Positions 39,961 to 52,913 of a DNA stretch of 64,000 nucleotides are shown here, piece by piece. Made by a program: the position numbers and the translations under genes. This stretch comes from an uncultured delta proteobacterium (GTDB lineage: Bacteria > Desulfobacterota > Binatia > JACPRU01). The notes below the pieces were generated by a model. That model worked only from the letters and a program-made list of their open reading frames with translations, did not search any database and was not told the origin of the DNA. The stretch spans positions 64,001-128,000 of the forward strand of contig CAVUWD010000014.1 in the NCBI GenBank assembly GCA_963745025.1, written 5' to 3'. Numbering within the stretch: the stretch's first letter is position 1; the number at the start of each line of letters is the position of its first letter.

Positions 39961-40476
39961 TTACGGGGTCGGGGTGGGTGTCGGGCTCGGGGGCGTGGCC
40001 GTAGCGGCCGGCACCGGAGGGGGCGCCAGCCTCGCTCGGAGGGACATGTCGAAAGAACCCGATTGCGTCGACGAGCAGTTGCTTTCGGTCACGTAGGTGC
40101 CGCTGATCTCGGTCGGGCTGACCAGCGTGCCCGTCACCTGATATTCGCACGTCGTGATGCTGAAGCAGTTCGGGTCGATGCATTCCAAGAGAGTGAGCTG
40201 CACGTTCGTCGTTTCCGGAGGACTACCGGTGATCTGGAAATTCTTGTTGAGGGTAGGGGATTGAAACGTGAAGTTCCACGACCCGCCGAGCTCGCAGCCA
40301 CTCTGCAGGATCGTGGCTTCGATCGTTCCAGGATTGCCCCGCGAGACGTCGTCTTGAAGTACCGGGCCGCTCCAGGCTCCGGTGATATCCGTGGTCGAGC
40401 CACATGTGCTGCCTCCGCCGCCGCCTCCGCAGCCGACGAGCAGCAATGCGATGATGCCGAATAGGGGGCGCCGCAT
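39961..40476 (-). CDS. Putative lipoprotein with Pro/Thr-rich tail
   Basis: [16 protein letters not shown] lipobox, Gly run, several Cys, PTPTPTP C-terminus. Confidence 0.7.
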   Translation of the reverse strand: MRRPLFGIIALLLVGCGGGGGGSTCGSTTDITGAWSGPVLQDDVSRGNPGTIEATILQSGCELGGSWNFTFQSPTLNKNFQITGSPPETTNVQLTLLECIDPNCFSITTCEYQVTGTLVSPTEISGTYVTESNCSSTQSGSFDMSLRARLAPPPVPAATATPPSPTPTPTP

Positions 40477-40701
40477 GGTCGTGGGTCGCAGACGCATATC
40501 GTAGTTGGCGGTCGAGGTCACGCGCCGGTCAAGACCGCAGAGCCGCCTTGCCGAGCGGCATTCACCGCTCTTCGCTCATCGTCGCCGACCGGCGACGAAC
40601 GCTCCCCAGGTCTTCCGTGCCAGTTCCTTGTTCTTGCTGGTTCGCATGTGACGCCGCCACCCCCCTCCTCGTATGATCACGGCGGCGCGGATTCAAGGCC
40701 G

Positions 40702-40754
40702 GACGGAATATTACGAACATTGACCGGCTTTCTCATCAACAGTAATATTTCGTC
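40702..40754 (+). promoter_or_regulatory. Sigma70 promoter of the desaturase flanked by a 13-bp inverted repeat
   Basis: TTGACC(40720-25)-N17-TAATAT(40743-48); GACGGAATATTAC (40702-14) versus GTAATATTTCGTC (40742-54), one mismatch. Confidence 0.6.
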
Positions 40755-40817
40755 TCGCGATAAACCTGACGCCAAAGAGCTTGATCCTCGACCTGCTCTC
40801 GACGCTCGGGGGGGCGC

Positions 40818-41750
40818 ATGAGGGAAACGACCATGACCTGGCAAGAGGCGCTCACGCGCGACGAGATTCGCGAGCTCATCGAGATTCGTGATTGGCGCGC
40901 CTGGCTCTCGATCGTCCTCGATTGGGGACTCATCGGCGCGTCGTTCGCGCTCGTCGCCGCGTTCCCGAACCCGCTCTCGATCGTCGTCGCGATCGCCGTG
41001 ATCGGCAGCCGCCAGCTCGGCCTCGCGATCCTGATGCACGACGCCGCGCACCGCGCCCTTCTCCGCAATCGCTCCTGGAACGACTGGGTCGGCAACTGGC
41101 TCTGCGCCTATCCGGTCTGGAACGACGTGCATCCCTATCGCAAGTATCATCTCCAGCACCATGCCAAGACGTGGACGGACGAGGACCCCGATCTCGAGCT
41201 CGCCACTCCCTTTCCGATCAATCGAGCGAGCCTCAAGCGGAAGTTTTGGCGCGATCTTTCGGGACAGACCGGTTGGAAGCGCTTCCAGGCGATCCTCAAT
41301 CGCGATGTCGGGCGCTCGCGCGGGCGCGTCCAGCGCGACTTCGGCTCCGGCCTTCAGGCGCTGCACGGCGTGGTGATCACCAACCTGGTGCTGCTCGGGC
41401 TCCTCACCCTCTTCGGCCACCCGGCGCTCTATCTGCTCTGGATCGTCGCCTGGTTCACGACCTACAGCCTCGTCATGCGCATCCGCTCGATCGCCGAGCA
41501 TGCGATGGTCCCCGACATCAAGGACGAGCTGCGCAACACCCGTACGACGCTCGCCCGCTGGTGGGAGCGCCTGCTGATCGCGCCGAACCGCGTGAACTTC
41601 CACCTCGAGCACCACCTCTTGATGACGGTGCCGCACTACAACCTGCCCCGCCTGCACCACATGCTGCGCAGCCGTGGCGTGCTCGCCGACGCCTGCGTGA
41701 CCGACGGCTACTGGAACGTTCTGAATCTCGCCGCGTCGAAAGCAGCCTGA
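40818..41750 (+). CDS. Membrane fatty acid desaturase family protein
   Basis: Three His boxes HDAAH, HLQHH, HLEHH; TM segments. Confidence 0.92.
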   Translation: MRETTMTWQEALTRDEIRELIEIRDWRAWLSIVLDWGLIGASFALVAAFPNPLSIVVAIAVIGSRQLGLAILMHDAAHRALLRNRSWNDWVGNWLCAYPVWNDVHPYRKYHLQHHAKTWTDEDPDLELATPFPINRASLKRKFWRDLSGQTGWKRFQAILNRDVGRSRGRVQRDFGSGLQALHGVVITNLVLLGLLTLFGHPALYLLWIVAWFTTYSLVMRIRSIAEHAMVPDIKDELRNTRTTLARWWERLLIAPNRVNFHLEHHLLMTVPHYNLPRLHHMLRSRGVLADACVTDGYWNVLNLAASKAA

Positions 41751-41905
41751 GGCTAGCTCCGCAGGATGTTGCATCCCCTTTGATCGCGCCCAACGGGCGC
41801 GATCCGTGGCGCACGCTCCTCGCTCGGCAGACCGCGTCGGCCGGAGAGGGTTCGCGACGAATCGGCCGAAAGATTTGCTAGGGTGCGCGGCCGGGAGGAC
41901 GAACC

Positions 41906-42763
41906 ATGAACTTCTCTTCGCTGCTGTACGAGACCCGCGGCCGGATCGCTCGCATCACGCTGAATCGCCCCGAGCGTCTGAACGCGATCGACCCGAAAAT
42001 GCCGCGCGAGATCCGCCAAGCCGTCGAGCGCGCCAACGACGACGACGACGTCCACGTCATCGTCCTCGCGGGAGCGGGGCGCACATTTTGCGCCGGTTAC
42101 GATCTGAAGATATGGGCCGAGGGTCACAGCGAAGGCATCCAGGAAAAGATGCCCTGGGATCCGATGAAGGATTATCGCGGCATGAAGCGGAACACCGACG
42201 ACTTCTTCTCACTCTGGCGCTCCTACAAGCCAACGATCTGTAAAGTGCAGGGACACGCGGTCGCCGGCGGGAGCGACATCGCGCTCTGCTGCGACCTGGT
42301 CGTCATGGCCGAAGACGCACGCATCGGCTACATGCCGGCACGGGTATGGGGTTGTCCGACCACCGCGATGTGGGTGTTCCGTCTCGGAGCCGAGAAGGCC
42401 AAGCGGATGCTCCTCACCGGCGACACCATCGACGGCAAAACGGCGGCGGCGTGGGGGCTCGTCTATCAATCGGTGCCGGCCGCCGAGCTCGATCGAGCCG
42501 CGGATGCGCTCGCCGAGCGAATGGCATCGGTGCCGAAGAATCAGCTGATGATGCAGAAGCTGATGATCAACCAGGCCTACGAGAACATGGGCCTTGCCAA
42601 TACGCAGATGATCGCCACGCTCTTCGATGGCATCACCCGCCACTCGCCGGAAGGGTTTTGGTTCAAACGCTACGCCGAGAGCCACGGCTTCCACGCGGCC
42701 GTCGAGTGGCGCGACTCGGGACGAGCGATTCCCGAGGGGGGCGTCGAGACGGAAGAGAAGTGA
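41906..42763 (+). CDS. Crotonase/enoyl-CoA hydratase family protein
   Basis: [26 protein letters not shown]; GGAGG RBS. Confidence 0.9.
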   Translation: MNFSSLLYETRGRIARITLNRPERLNAIDPKMPREIRQAVERANDDDDVHVIVLAGAGRTFCAGYDLKIWAEGHSEGIQEKMPWDPMKDYRGMKRNTDDFFSLWRSYKPTICKVQGHAVAGGSDIALCCDLVVMAEDARIGYMPARVWGCPTTAMWVFRLGAEKAKRMLLTGDTIDGKTAAAWGLVYQSVPAAELDRAADALAERMASVPKNQLMMQKLMINQAYENMGLANTQMIATLFDGITRHSPEGFWFKRYAESHGFHAAVEWRDSGRAIPEGGVETEEK

Positions 42764-42819
42764 TCGGTCTTCGGCTTTCTGTCTTCGGCGCGCATCATCG
42801 AAGTCGATCTCGGGGCGAA

Positions 42820-42903
42820 TCTGCCGGGCTCGGGGTCCGGAAGCTCGCCTCGCCGCAAGACCTCGGCGGCGGGACCGACCCGCTCGTACCAGACGGCCTT
42901 CAT
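42820..42903 (-). pseudogene. 5' relic of an NADPH:quinone reductase (zeta-crystallin/MDR)
   Basis: MKAVWYERVGPAAEVLRRGELPDPEPG then loss of similarity; GGAGG RBS upstream. Confidence 0.65.
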
Positions 42904-42951
42904 GACATCACATCGCCTCCGACCCGAGGGTGATCGCGGACGTCAGCCGCG

Positions 42952-43620
42952 CTAGACGAGGATCTTCGCCCCTTGCCTCGCGAGCTCCTCTTCCTTGTTC
43001 TCGAGCTTGATCATCTCGGGGATCCCCCTGCCCTTTACGACCGCCGGGCGCTCCCCGACACGCTGGATCCATCGTTCGAGATTCGGCAGATCGTCGATGT
43101 CGACGCCCGCCCAGCCGTGCAGCGTCGCCCAGGGCCAGGTCGCGATGTCGGCGATCGAATAGTCGCCGGCGAGATACTCGTGATCGGCGAGCCGACGGTC
43201 GAGGACCTTGTAGAGGCGCTTGGTTTCCTTCTGGTAGCGCTCGATTGCGTAGGGAATCTTCTCCGGGGCGTAGCGGTAGAAGACGTTCGCCTGGCCTTGC
43301 ATGGGCCCGATTCCGCCCATCTGGAACATCAGCCACTGGATCACCGTGGAGCGGCCCTTCGTATCTCTGGGCATCAGCTGGCCGGTCTTCTCCGCGAGAT
43401 AGATGAGGATGGCACCGGACTCGAAGACCGCAAAGCCACCTTCGTCGTGATCGACGATCGTGGGAATCCGGCCGTTCGGATTCAACTTGAGGTACCACTC
43501 CTGCTTCTGCTCGAGCTGTCCCAGGCGGATCGGCTTGACCGTATAGGGAAGGCCGATCTCCTCAAGCATGATGGAGGCCTTCCAGCCGTTCGGTGTCGGC
43601 GACGTGTAGAGGTCGATCAT
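42952..43620 (-). CDS. Glutathione S-transferase, YfcG/YghU (Nu) class
   Basis: TPNGWK, NPNGRIP, FESGAIL, GPMQGQ, SIADIA. Confidence 0.92.
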   Translation of the reverse strand: MIDLYTSPTPNGWKASIMLEEIGLPYTVKPIRLGQLEQKQEWYLKLNPNGRIPTIVDHDEGGFAVFESGAILIYLAEKTGQLMPRDTKGRSTVIQWLMFQMGGIGPMQGQANVFYRYAPEKIPYAIERYQKETKRLYKVLDRRLADHEYLAGDYSIADIATWPWATLHGWAGVDIDDLPNLERWIQRVGERPAVVKGRGIPEMIKLENKEEELARQGAKILV

Positions 43621-43763
43621 GGACCCTCCTCGATGGCGAACCTTCGCAATCTATGCCCGCCCGCTACCAGACGGAAGCCTCGCAAGCGAGTGGCGACCTA
43701 GCGACGGCTGAGAGCCTCTGTTATCTTCGAGGCATGCTTCGGTGAACGGAAGGAGCCGGATCG

Positions 43764-44087
43764 ATGAGCGCTGTTCAAGAAGTCACCGACACCAACTTCG
43801 AAAACGAGGTCATCAACTCCGATCTGCCGGTGTTGATCGATTTCTGGGCCCCATGGTGCGCGCCATGTCGGGCAATCGGCCCGGTCGTCGACGAACTGTC
43901 GCGCGACTACTCGGGCAAGCTCAAGGTCGTCAAGATGAACGTGGACGACAACCCGCTCACTCCGTCCCGCTTCGGCGTGCGCTCGATTCCCAATCTGCTC
44001 ATCTTCAAGAACGGCCAAGTGAAGGACCAGATCGTCGGCGCCGTTCCGAAGCAGGTGTTCGAGCAAGCGATTCGTAAGGTCGTATAG
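43764..44087 (+). CDS. trxA: Thioredoxin
   Basis: [15 protein letters not shown]; AAGGAG RBS. Confidence 0.95.
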   Translation: MSAVQEVTDTNFENEVINSDLPVLIDFWAPWCAPCRAIGPVVDELSRDYSGKLKVVKMNVDDNPLTPSRFGVRSIPNLLIFKNGQVKDQIVGAVPKQVFEQAIRKVV

Positions 44088-44198
44088 CCTACCTTCAGCG
44101 CGCTGCACGCCCGAAGGCGCCGTTCCGTCGAGGCAGGACCGTGGCGGCACAGGCCGCGCTCCGCACCCAACCGCGCGATGAGGGCGCATCTCTGCGGC

Positions 44199-45311
44199 TC
44201 AGAACGTGAACCGCCGCATCGAGACGTTGAGAAGCAGCCCGACGCCGAGCAGGAGCGTGATCATCGACGACCCGCCGTAGCTGAAGAACGGGAGCGTGAT
44301 GCCGACCACCGGCAGGAGCCCCGTCGTCATCGCCACGTTGACGAAGGCCTGCCAGAAGATCATCGCGACGACCCCGAAGGCGACGAGCGCGCCGAAACGA
44401 TCCTTCGCACGCGCAACCACCTGAAGGCCGCGCAGGAGAAGCGCCGCGTAGAGGAACACGAGCGTCGCGCAACCGACGAATCCCCATTCTTCGGCGAATA
44501 CCGAGAAGATGAAGTCGGTGTGCTGCTCCGGCAGGAACTGCAGCTGGTTCTGCGTACCGTGGAGAAAACCCTTGCCCCAGAACATGCCCGAGCCGACGGC
44601 GATCTTCGACTGGATCAGGTGGTAGCCGGAGCCCAGCGGGTCGGACTCGGGGTTCAGGAAGGTGAGGATCCGCTTCTGCTGGTACGGCTTCAGATGCGAC
44701 CACAGGCTGTGACCGGCGACGAAGATGCCGATCAGACCGACGAGCACCAATGTCACGAACACGCGCCCGCGTAGCCCGGCGATCAGCAGTACGCTCACGA
44801 AAACGAAGCCCATCACCGCCGCCGAGCCGAGATCCGGCTGCGCCAGCGTGAGGACAGCCGGAACGGCGCAGAGCGCCGCGGGAACGAGGATCTCCTTCAC
44901 GCCGTAGCTCTCGCGCGCGCTGTCGCGATGGAAGAAGCGAGCGAGCACGATGATCAGCGCGAGCTTGGCGAGCTCGGAAGGCTGCAGCGCGAAGAACCCG
45001 AGACGGATCCATCGACGCGATCCGCCGCTCAGATAGCCGGCGAGCGGAACCAGCACGAGGAGCTGGAGCACCGCAATATAAATCACGTACGCGTAGCGCT
45101 CGAGCTTGCGATAGTCGACGAGCAGCAGCGCGAACATCGCCACGGCGCCGCCGCAGGCCCAGAGCGCCTGGCGCCAGACGAGCGCGTGCATCTGGTTCTG
45201 CGCTTGCGCGTAAGTCGCGCTGTAGACGGTCGTCACGCCCATCGAGATGATGGCCGTAACCAGCACCAACAGCAGTGGATCAATGTGTTGCGCGAGCCTC
45301 TTGTCGATCAT
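44199..45311 (-). CDS. rodA: Rod shape-determining protein RodA (SEDS)
   Basis: QPSELAK, QPDLGSA, LPEQHTDFIFS, LPFFSYGGSS; follows mrdA. Confidence 0.96.
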   Translation of the reverse strand: MIDKRLAQHIDPLLLVLVTAIISMGVTTVYSATYAQAQNQMHALVWRQALWACGGAVAMFALLLVDYRKLERYAYVIYIAVLQLLVLVPLAGYLSGGSRRWIRLGFFALQPSELAKLALIIVLARFFHRDSARESYGVKEILVPAALCAVPAVLTLAQPDLGSAAVMGFVFVSVLLIAGLRGRVFVTLVLVGLIGIFVAGHSLWSHLKPYQQKRILTFLNPESDPLGSGYHLIQSKIAVGSGMFWGKGFLHGTQNQLQFLPEQHTDFIFSVFAEEWGFVGCATLVFLYAALLLRGLQVVARAKDRFGALVAFGVVAMIFWQAFVNVAMTTGLLPVVGITLPFFSYGGSSMITLLLGVGLLLNVSMRRFTF

Positions 45312-47163
45312 CACGAACCGGCGAACCCTTGTGAGAGAAGTAATAGGTGAGCACTTTTTGCACGACCGGTGCGGCCATCGCCCCGCCGCCCCCGCCGGCG
45401 TGCTCGATCAGGCACGCCACCGCGACCTCGGGCGCGCCGACCGGCGCAAACGATACGAACCAGGCATGGTCGCGCTGCTCGCGAGGGAGCAGAAGCTGAT
45501 TCACCTTTCGATCGGTCTTCAGCCGCACCGCCTGCGACGTTCCCGTCTTGCCGGCGACCTCGATGCCTTCGACCCGCGCCTTCTTGCCGGTGCCGTGATC
45601 GCTCTCGACGACGTCCCGCAGCGCCGCTTGGACCTGCGCGAGCGTGCTCGAGCGTACGCCCAGCTTGACAGGCTTCTCCGCTTCGGTGGAACCCGCCTCA
45701 CCCCCTTCCGGCACGTCGAGCCGCTCGACGTAATGCGGACGATGCCGAACTCCGCCGTCGGCGACGGTGGCGATCAGGTTCGCCATCTGTAGCGGCGTCG
45801 CCGTCACGTACCCTTGGCCGACGGCGACCGAGAGCGTCTCTCCCGAATACCAAGGCTCACCATAGCGTTGACGCTTCCATTGCGTGTCGGGGATCGTGCC
45901 CGGGCGCTCGTGATCGAGGTCGACGCCGGTCGGTTTCCCGAGGCCGTAGCGATGCGCGTACTCCGCGATCGTGTCGACGCCGAGGCGCTGGCCGACCTGG
46001 TAGAAGTACACGTCGCACGACTGCACGATCGCCTCGTGCAGATTCACCCAGCCGTGCCCGCCCTTCTTCCAGCAATGGAACTCGTGATTTCCGAAGTGCA
46101 GGCTGCCGGTGCAGAAGATCCGTTGGAACGGATTGATGATGTTCTCTTCGAGCGCGGCGGTCGCGACCACGATCTTGAAGGTCGAGCCCGGGGGATATTG
46201 CCCCTGGATCGCCTTGTTGGAGAGCGGATGCAGCGGATCCTCGGTCAGCGACCGCCACTCGTCTTCGGTGATGCCCCGCGCGAAGAGGTTCGGGTCGAAG
46301 GCTGGCTTGGAGACCATCGCCAGAATCGCTCCGTCGCTCGGCCGCAGCACGACGACCGATCCCTCTCGGTCGCCCATCGCCTCCTCCGCCGCCTGCTGGA
46401 GCCCGATGTCGAGCGTGAGATGGATGTTCGCTCCGGGGGTCTCGGGAACCTCGTCGAGCACGCGGAGCTTGCGGCCGAACGCGTCCACCTCGATCTGCTG
46501 CCCGCCGTTCTCGCCGCGCAGACGGTCTTCCCAGTATTTCTCGAGCCCGTACTTCCCGATCGTGTCGCCCATCTGGTAGCCGGAGAGCCGCTGCAGTTCG
46601 TCGACGCTGACCTCGCCGACGTAGCCGAGCAGAGGGGCGGCTAACGGACCGTAGAGATAGTTGCGGCGCGGACCGATCTGCATCGACACGCCGGGAAGCT
46701 CGATCTGCCGCGTCTCGACCGCGACCAGCGTGTCCCAATCGACGTCGCGCCTCAGCACGACGTTCTCGAACGGCGGTCGGTGACTCGCCGAGGCCGAGGC
46801 CAGTGCCTGCCGAGCATCGCTCATGTCTTGGTGGAGAAACCCCGCGAGCCGGCTCAAGATGTCCTGGGGCCGCCGCGCATCTTCGGGCACCATCACCACG
46901 TCGAAGGAGGGGCGGTTCTCGACCAGCAACTGCCCGCTGCGGTCGTAGATCAAGCCGCGCGTGGCGTTGACGCGCTTCAAACGCACGCGGTTGTTCTCGG
47001 AGAGGGTGCGATGGTACTCGCCCTCGACGACCTGAAGCTGCCACAGGCGCAGGATCAAGAACGTGAAGGCGACGACGCCGAGCCCGAGGGAGATTCCGAG
47101 CCGGCGCTGAAAGCCGTTGGGGGCCTCGCGGGGATTCGGCAGCGGGACCGACGGATTGTCCAC
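45280..47163 (-). CDS. mrdA: Penicillin-binding protein 2
   Basis: PGSTFK (SxxK), SCD (SxN-type), KTG; N-terminal TM anchor. Confidence 0.96.
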   Translation of the reverse strand: MDNPSVPLPNPREAPNGFQRRLGISLGLGVVAFTFLILRLWQLQVVEGEYHRTLSENNRVRLKRVNATRGLIYDRSGQLLVENRPSFDVVMVPEDARRPQDILSRLAGFLHQDMSDARQALASASASHRPPFENVVLRRDVDWDTLVAVETRQIELPGVSMQIGPRRNYLYGPLAAPLLGYVGEVSVDELQRLSGYQMGDTIGKYGLEKYWEDRLRGENGGQQIEVDAFGRKLRVLDEVPETPGANIHLTLDIGLQQAAEEAMGDREGSVVVLRPSDGAILAMVSKPAFDPNLFARGITEDEWRSLTEDPLHPLSNKAIQGQYPPGSTFKIVVATAALEENIINPFQRIFCTGSLHFGNHEFHCWKKGGHGWVNLHEAIVQSCDVYFYQVGQRLGVDTIAEYAHRYGLGKPTGVDLDHERPGTIPDTQWKRQRYGEPWYSGETLSVAVGQGYVTATPLQMANLIATVADGGVRHRPHYVERLDVPEGGEAGSTEAEKPVKLGVRSSTLAQVQAALRDVVESDHGTGKKARVEGIEVAGKTGTSQAVRLKTDRKVNQLLLPREQRDHAWFVSFAPVGAPEVAVACLIEHAGGGGGAMAAPVVQKVLTYYFSHKGSPVRDDRQEARATH

Positions 47164-47226
47164 GGTGGTGATTCTACCGAGCGGCGGGGCGAGTGAAAGG
47201 GCCGCGCGCGAGCGCGCAGATCCCCG

Positions 47227-47729
47227 TCAATCGAGCCCCCACACGCGTCTCCCGCCATCCAAGACCGAGAAGACGAACGGCGAGAACGCCGCGGCGAGGG
47301 CGGCCTCGATCCAAACCGTCGAGACCAGGTGGCGCCAGGGATAATCGGCGGACAGGCAGAACACCAGCAGCAGCGCGATGGACAGCGCCTTCAACAGCGA
47401 AGCGGCGAAGACGACGGCGACGTTGGCGACGACGTTGTCCATCCAGAGTTGCCGCGCGAGCAGATAGACGAGAAGGAAGATGAGGCTCATCGCAAAGGCG
47501 TGCAGACCGATCGCGTCTCCGGCGAAGCTATCGACGAAATAGCCGAGCAGGAATGCGCCGAGCGCGCCCGCGACACTTTGCTCGCGGAGCGCCAGATAGA
47601 CGCAGAGGATGACGACGAGGTCCGGCATGACCGGTCCCAGGGGGAGCAGATGGAAGATCGTGGTCTCGAGCAGCACGCCGCAAACGGCCGCGATCATCAC
47701 CAGGGTGAGGAGCCCCATCGCCGGTCCTC

Positions 47730-47733
<4 letters not shown>
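47227..47733 (-). CDS. mreD: Rod shape-determining protein MreD
   Basis: Hydrophobic protein with PDLVVIL and G...D motifs between mreC and mrdA. Confidence 0.88.
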
Positions 47734-49939
<2,206 letters not shown>

Positions 49940-50087
49940 TCAAAATTCGTCACCGAGGGCAAGAAAAAACTGTTTCCAAAATTCAGGGGTGACCAAATCG
50001 GGTTGAAGTGGTCCAAGTCGCCGGTTTCGATCACCCACAGTAGCCACAGTACTCAATGAGCAGCAGGGAAGTCAAAAAAGCTGCCCG

Positions 50088-52574
50088 CTATCGGCCAAAC
50101 AGCCCCTCGAGGCCCTTCTTGAGCAGCTCCCGCTCCGGATGCTTCAAATCAGGAGTCGGTTTGACTCCGGGTGGCAGCGCTTTCTCCTTGCCGAAGAGCT
50201 TGTCGAGCCCCTTGCCAACCGCCGCGCGGCCGAGCGCGCGCACGATGAACTCGGTGTCGGGCTTCGGCTTGACGTGGGGCAGCGCGCCGGTGAGACGAAA
50301 CGGAATCGCGATCCTTCCCTGCGCGTCCGCAATGTACTTCGCTTCACGCACGTCGGCGATGACGTCGTCGGAGAGCTCCTTCGATGCGACGAGCGTCGCG
50401 TTGAAATCGAGCTCGTTGTCGAGCGAGTAGGTGCCCTTGCCCAGCATCGCGTAGTCGCGCGCGGCGAGCGTGAGATCGTCGCTTCGTGCCACGCCGTCGG
50501 CGATCTGCACGCTGCCGCCGAGCTTCTCGAACTTCGTGTCCCCCATCTCGAACAGCTCGGGATGCCTGGCCCGCACCCGCGGCGAAATCAAATTCGACAG
50601 GCCGCCGATTCCCGTCACGCTGGCGAGCACCTGATCGGCGATGTTCACGTCCTTGATCATGCCGTCCTTGACCTCGATGCGTCCGTTGCCGCGCATCTGT
50701 CGCTTGATCGTCTCCCACTGCTTGCCCGCGCCGGCGAGCGCGAGAGCGGCGTCGAGACGCCCCTCGATGCGCTTCTCGGAGCCCGGCGACTGGCTCGCCA
50801 GCACGCTCTTCAGATCCATGCCGCGAATCGTCGAGCGGAAGTCGAACTTGGGATTTTCCTTCTCGCGCATGTCGTAGCGGCCGCCGCCGCTGTAGCTGCC
50901 GTCGAAGGCACGGAGGTCGAGCTTGGTGAGCGTCGCCACTTGATCGCGAAGATTCACGTCGGCGGCGAGATCGCGGTAATCGAAGTCACGGAGGCTTCCG
51001 TCGCTCGAGCGCAGCGTCCCCTGGAACTCCGGCGGGGACTTCTCCGGCGCGCGGAATTGCCCCTGAATGTCGACGCCGTGCAGCACTTCGGCCTTCTTCA
51101 CCGTCGGGCTCGCGAAGTTGAGCGAGGCCGCCGAGAGCTGCGGCGACTTCAGCGCGAAGGTTGCCGCCATCGGGCGAAAGCTCGCGACCTCCCCCTGCAC
51201 GGATACGGGCGAGCCGGAAAGCTTGAACGTCGTCGGCGGCACGCTCGCCGACGCTCCCTTGAGCTCGATCGCGCCGGTGAGGTCCTCGATCTCGTAGGGG
51301 GAGCCGCTCTGCTTGGCGGAGACGCCGTCGAGCGCGACCCTGCCGAAGAGCTGCGGGGGCTCGTTGCTGCCGCTCTTGCCTTTGGCGCGAACGTGCACCT
51401 CGGCGTTGCCCGAAATCTGATGACCCCTGAACGCGGGGAGCAGCTTGTCCCAGCCCGCGAGCGGCGTCCTCGGGCTGTCGATCTGAAAGTCGAGCGCGCC
51501 GCCGGGGCTCGTGTCGACGCTCCCTTTCCCCGTGAGGTTCAGCTCCGCAAGGCGCAGCGACAGGCTCTTCACGTCGATCGTGTTGCCCGCCCGCTCGGCG
51601 CTCACGGCGAGCTTCATCGTCACGCTCTTCGGCTTCTGAAAGGTCGCGCCGTAGCGGATCGCCGCGGCGGTGCCGTCGAAGTTGGCGTCGACCTTCAGGC
51701 GGTCGCCGAGCGTGCCGGACACCCTGGCATCGAGCGATACCGGATCCGGCGACGACAGATCCGGCGGCAATGCCTTCGCGAGGGCCTCGAGCTTCTTCAT
51801 ATTGTCGACGACCAGCGGACCGACCTGAATCGACAGATCGAGCGCGGCGTTCTTCACATTCGGCGGCGAGCCGACCGGACCGAGCGAGCCGTCGAGCTTG
51901 ACGTTCTGCTGGTCCGCGCCGAAGAGAGCGGTCGCAAGCTTCAGGTGGATCGGTCGGTCGAGGCTGACGTCGGAGGCCGAGAAATCGAGATCGCGCGCGC
52001 GAAAATCCCCCGGCGGGCTCGTCGTGCGGTCCAGAAAGCGGAACTGCCCTTTCTCGATGTCGACGAGCGACACGAGGAACGCCGCCTTCTCACCGCGGCT
52101 TTCCTCCTGGCTCGGCGGTTTCGCGGCGGGCGGCGCCTTCGGCGCGGCTTCGCGAGCGGGAGGCCTTTCCCCCTCCGCTTGCGGCTTCTTGCCGATCGAA
52201 TCGTAGTTGAACCCGTCCTTGGTGCGTACGATCGTCACTTCGGGCTGAAGCAGCACGACGCGCTTGACCTCGTAGCGGCCGAAGAGCGCGGGCCAGAGAC
52301 GGATCGACACCTGGACGTCGCCTGCCTTCACGAAATCGCCCTTCGCGAAGGCAGGATCGTCGGCGATCCTCAGGTCCTGGATGCGTGCACCGAACCCGCC
52401 GAAGAGCTGCACGCCGATCTCGGAAAAGCTCACCTTGCGGCCGAGAGCATTCTCGACCTGGCCGGCGAGCCAGTCCTTGTTGCGGTTCAGGTACGAGTTC
52501 AGGTTGGCGAGCGCGAGCGCCACCGCGCCGACGATCACTGCGAGAATCACTCCGAAAATGATCCACTTGCGCAT
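50088..52574 (-). CDS. AsmA-family protein
   Basis: N-terminal TM, ALGRKV..., beta-rich repeats, C-terminal IPFRLTG...P. Confidence 0.85.
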   Translation of the reverse strand: MRKWIIFGVILAVIVGAVALALANLNSYLNRNKDWLAGQVENALGRKVSFSEIGVQLFGGFGARIQDLRIADDPAFAKGDFVKAGDVQVSIRLWPALFGRYEVKRVVLLQPEVTIVRTKDGFNYDSIGKKPQAEGERPPAREAAPKAPPAAKPPSQEESRGEKAAFLVSLVDIEKGQFRFLDRTTSPPGDFRARDLDFSASDVSLDRPIHLKLATALFGADQQNVKLDGSLGPVGSPPNVKNAALDLSIQVGPLVVDNMKKLEALAKALPPDLSSPDPVSLDARVSGTLGDRLKVDANFDGTAAAIRYGATFQKPKSVTMKLAVSAERAGNTIDVKSLSLRLAELNLTGKGSVDTSPGGALDFQIDSPRTPLAGWDKLLPAFRGHQISGNAEVHVRAKGKSGSNEPPQLFGRVALDGVSAKQSGSPYEIEDLTGAIELKGASASVPPTTFKLSGSPVSVQGEVASFRPMAATFALKSPQLSAASLNFASPTVKKAEVLHGVDIQGQFRAPEKSPPEFQGTLRSSDGSLRDFDYRDLAADVNLRDQVATLTKLDLRAFDGSYSGGGRYDMREKENPKFDFRSTIRGMDLKSVLASQSPGSEKRIEGRLDAALALAGAGKQWETIKRQMRGNGRIEVKDGMIKDVNIADQVLASVTGIGGLSNLISPRVRARHPELFEMGDTKFEKLGGSVQIADGVARSDDLTLAARDYAMLGKGTYSLDNELDFNATLVASKELSDDVIADVREAKYIADAQGRIAIPFRLTGALPHVKPKPDTEFIVRALGRAAVGKGLDKLFGKEKALPPGVKPTPDLKHPERELLKKGLEGLFGR

Positions 52575-52628
52575 TCGTCAAGCTCCTCCGTTCGGTGTGA
52601 ACACCCGCCCGTCGTCGATCTCTCGGGC

Positions 52629-52913
52629 CTACTTCTTGCGAAACAACGCGTCGAGCTTGGTTCGGGCGTCGCTCGCCAGACTACCGGTTGTGCGCGGCGC
52701 GGACGAGAGGCGGAAATACTCGCAAAAGTTTCCCTGCTCCTTGTCCGCCACCACCTCGGCGTTCGGCTCGCGGCAATCGTTGTGCGCGCCCGGCTCGTAG
52801 AATTCGCAGTTCCGGCAACAGTGGAGGTATGCGCCGCAACTCTCGCAGACGTCGCGCACGCCGACCGCGCTCTCGGCGACTTCGGCGCCGCAGCGCTGAC
52901 AGGCTCCCCTCAT
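52629..52913 (-). CDS. Small Cys-rich conserved protein (probable Zn/Fe binding)
   Basis: CQRC, CESC, CCRNCEFY, C.EP.AE.V.DKE..NFCEYF. Confidence 0.75.
   Translation of the reverse strand: MRGACQRCGAEVAESAVGVRDVCESCGAYLHCCRNCEFYEPGAHNDCREPNAEVVADKEQGNFCEYFRLSSAPRTTGSLASDARTKLDALFRKK

Noticed and set aside
43764-44087. WCAPC instead of WCGPC in thioredoxin
   Set aside because: A common natural variant and not evidence of new function
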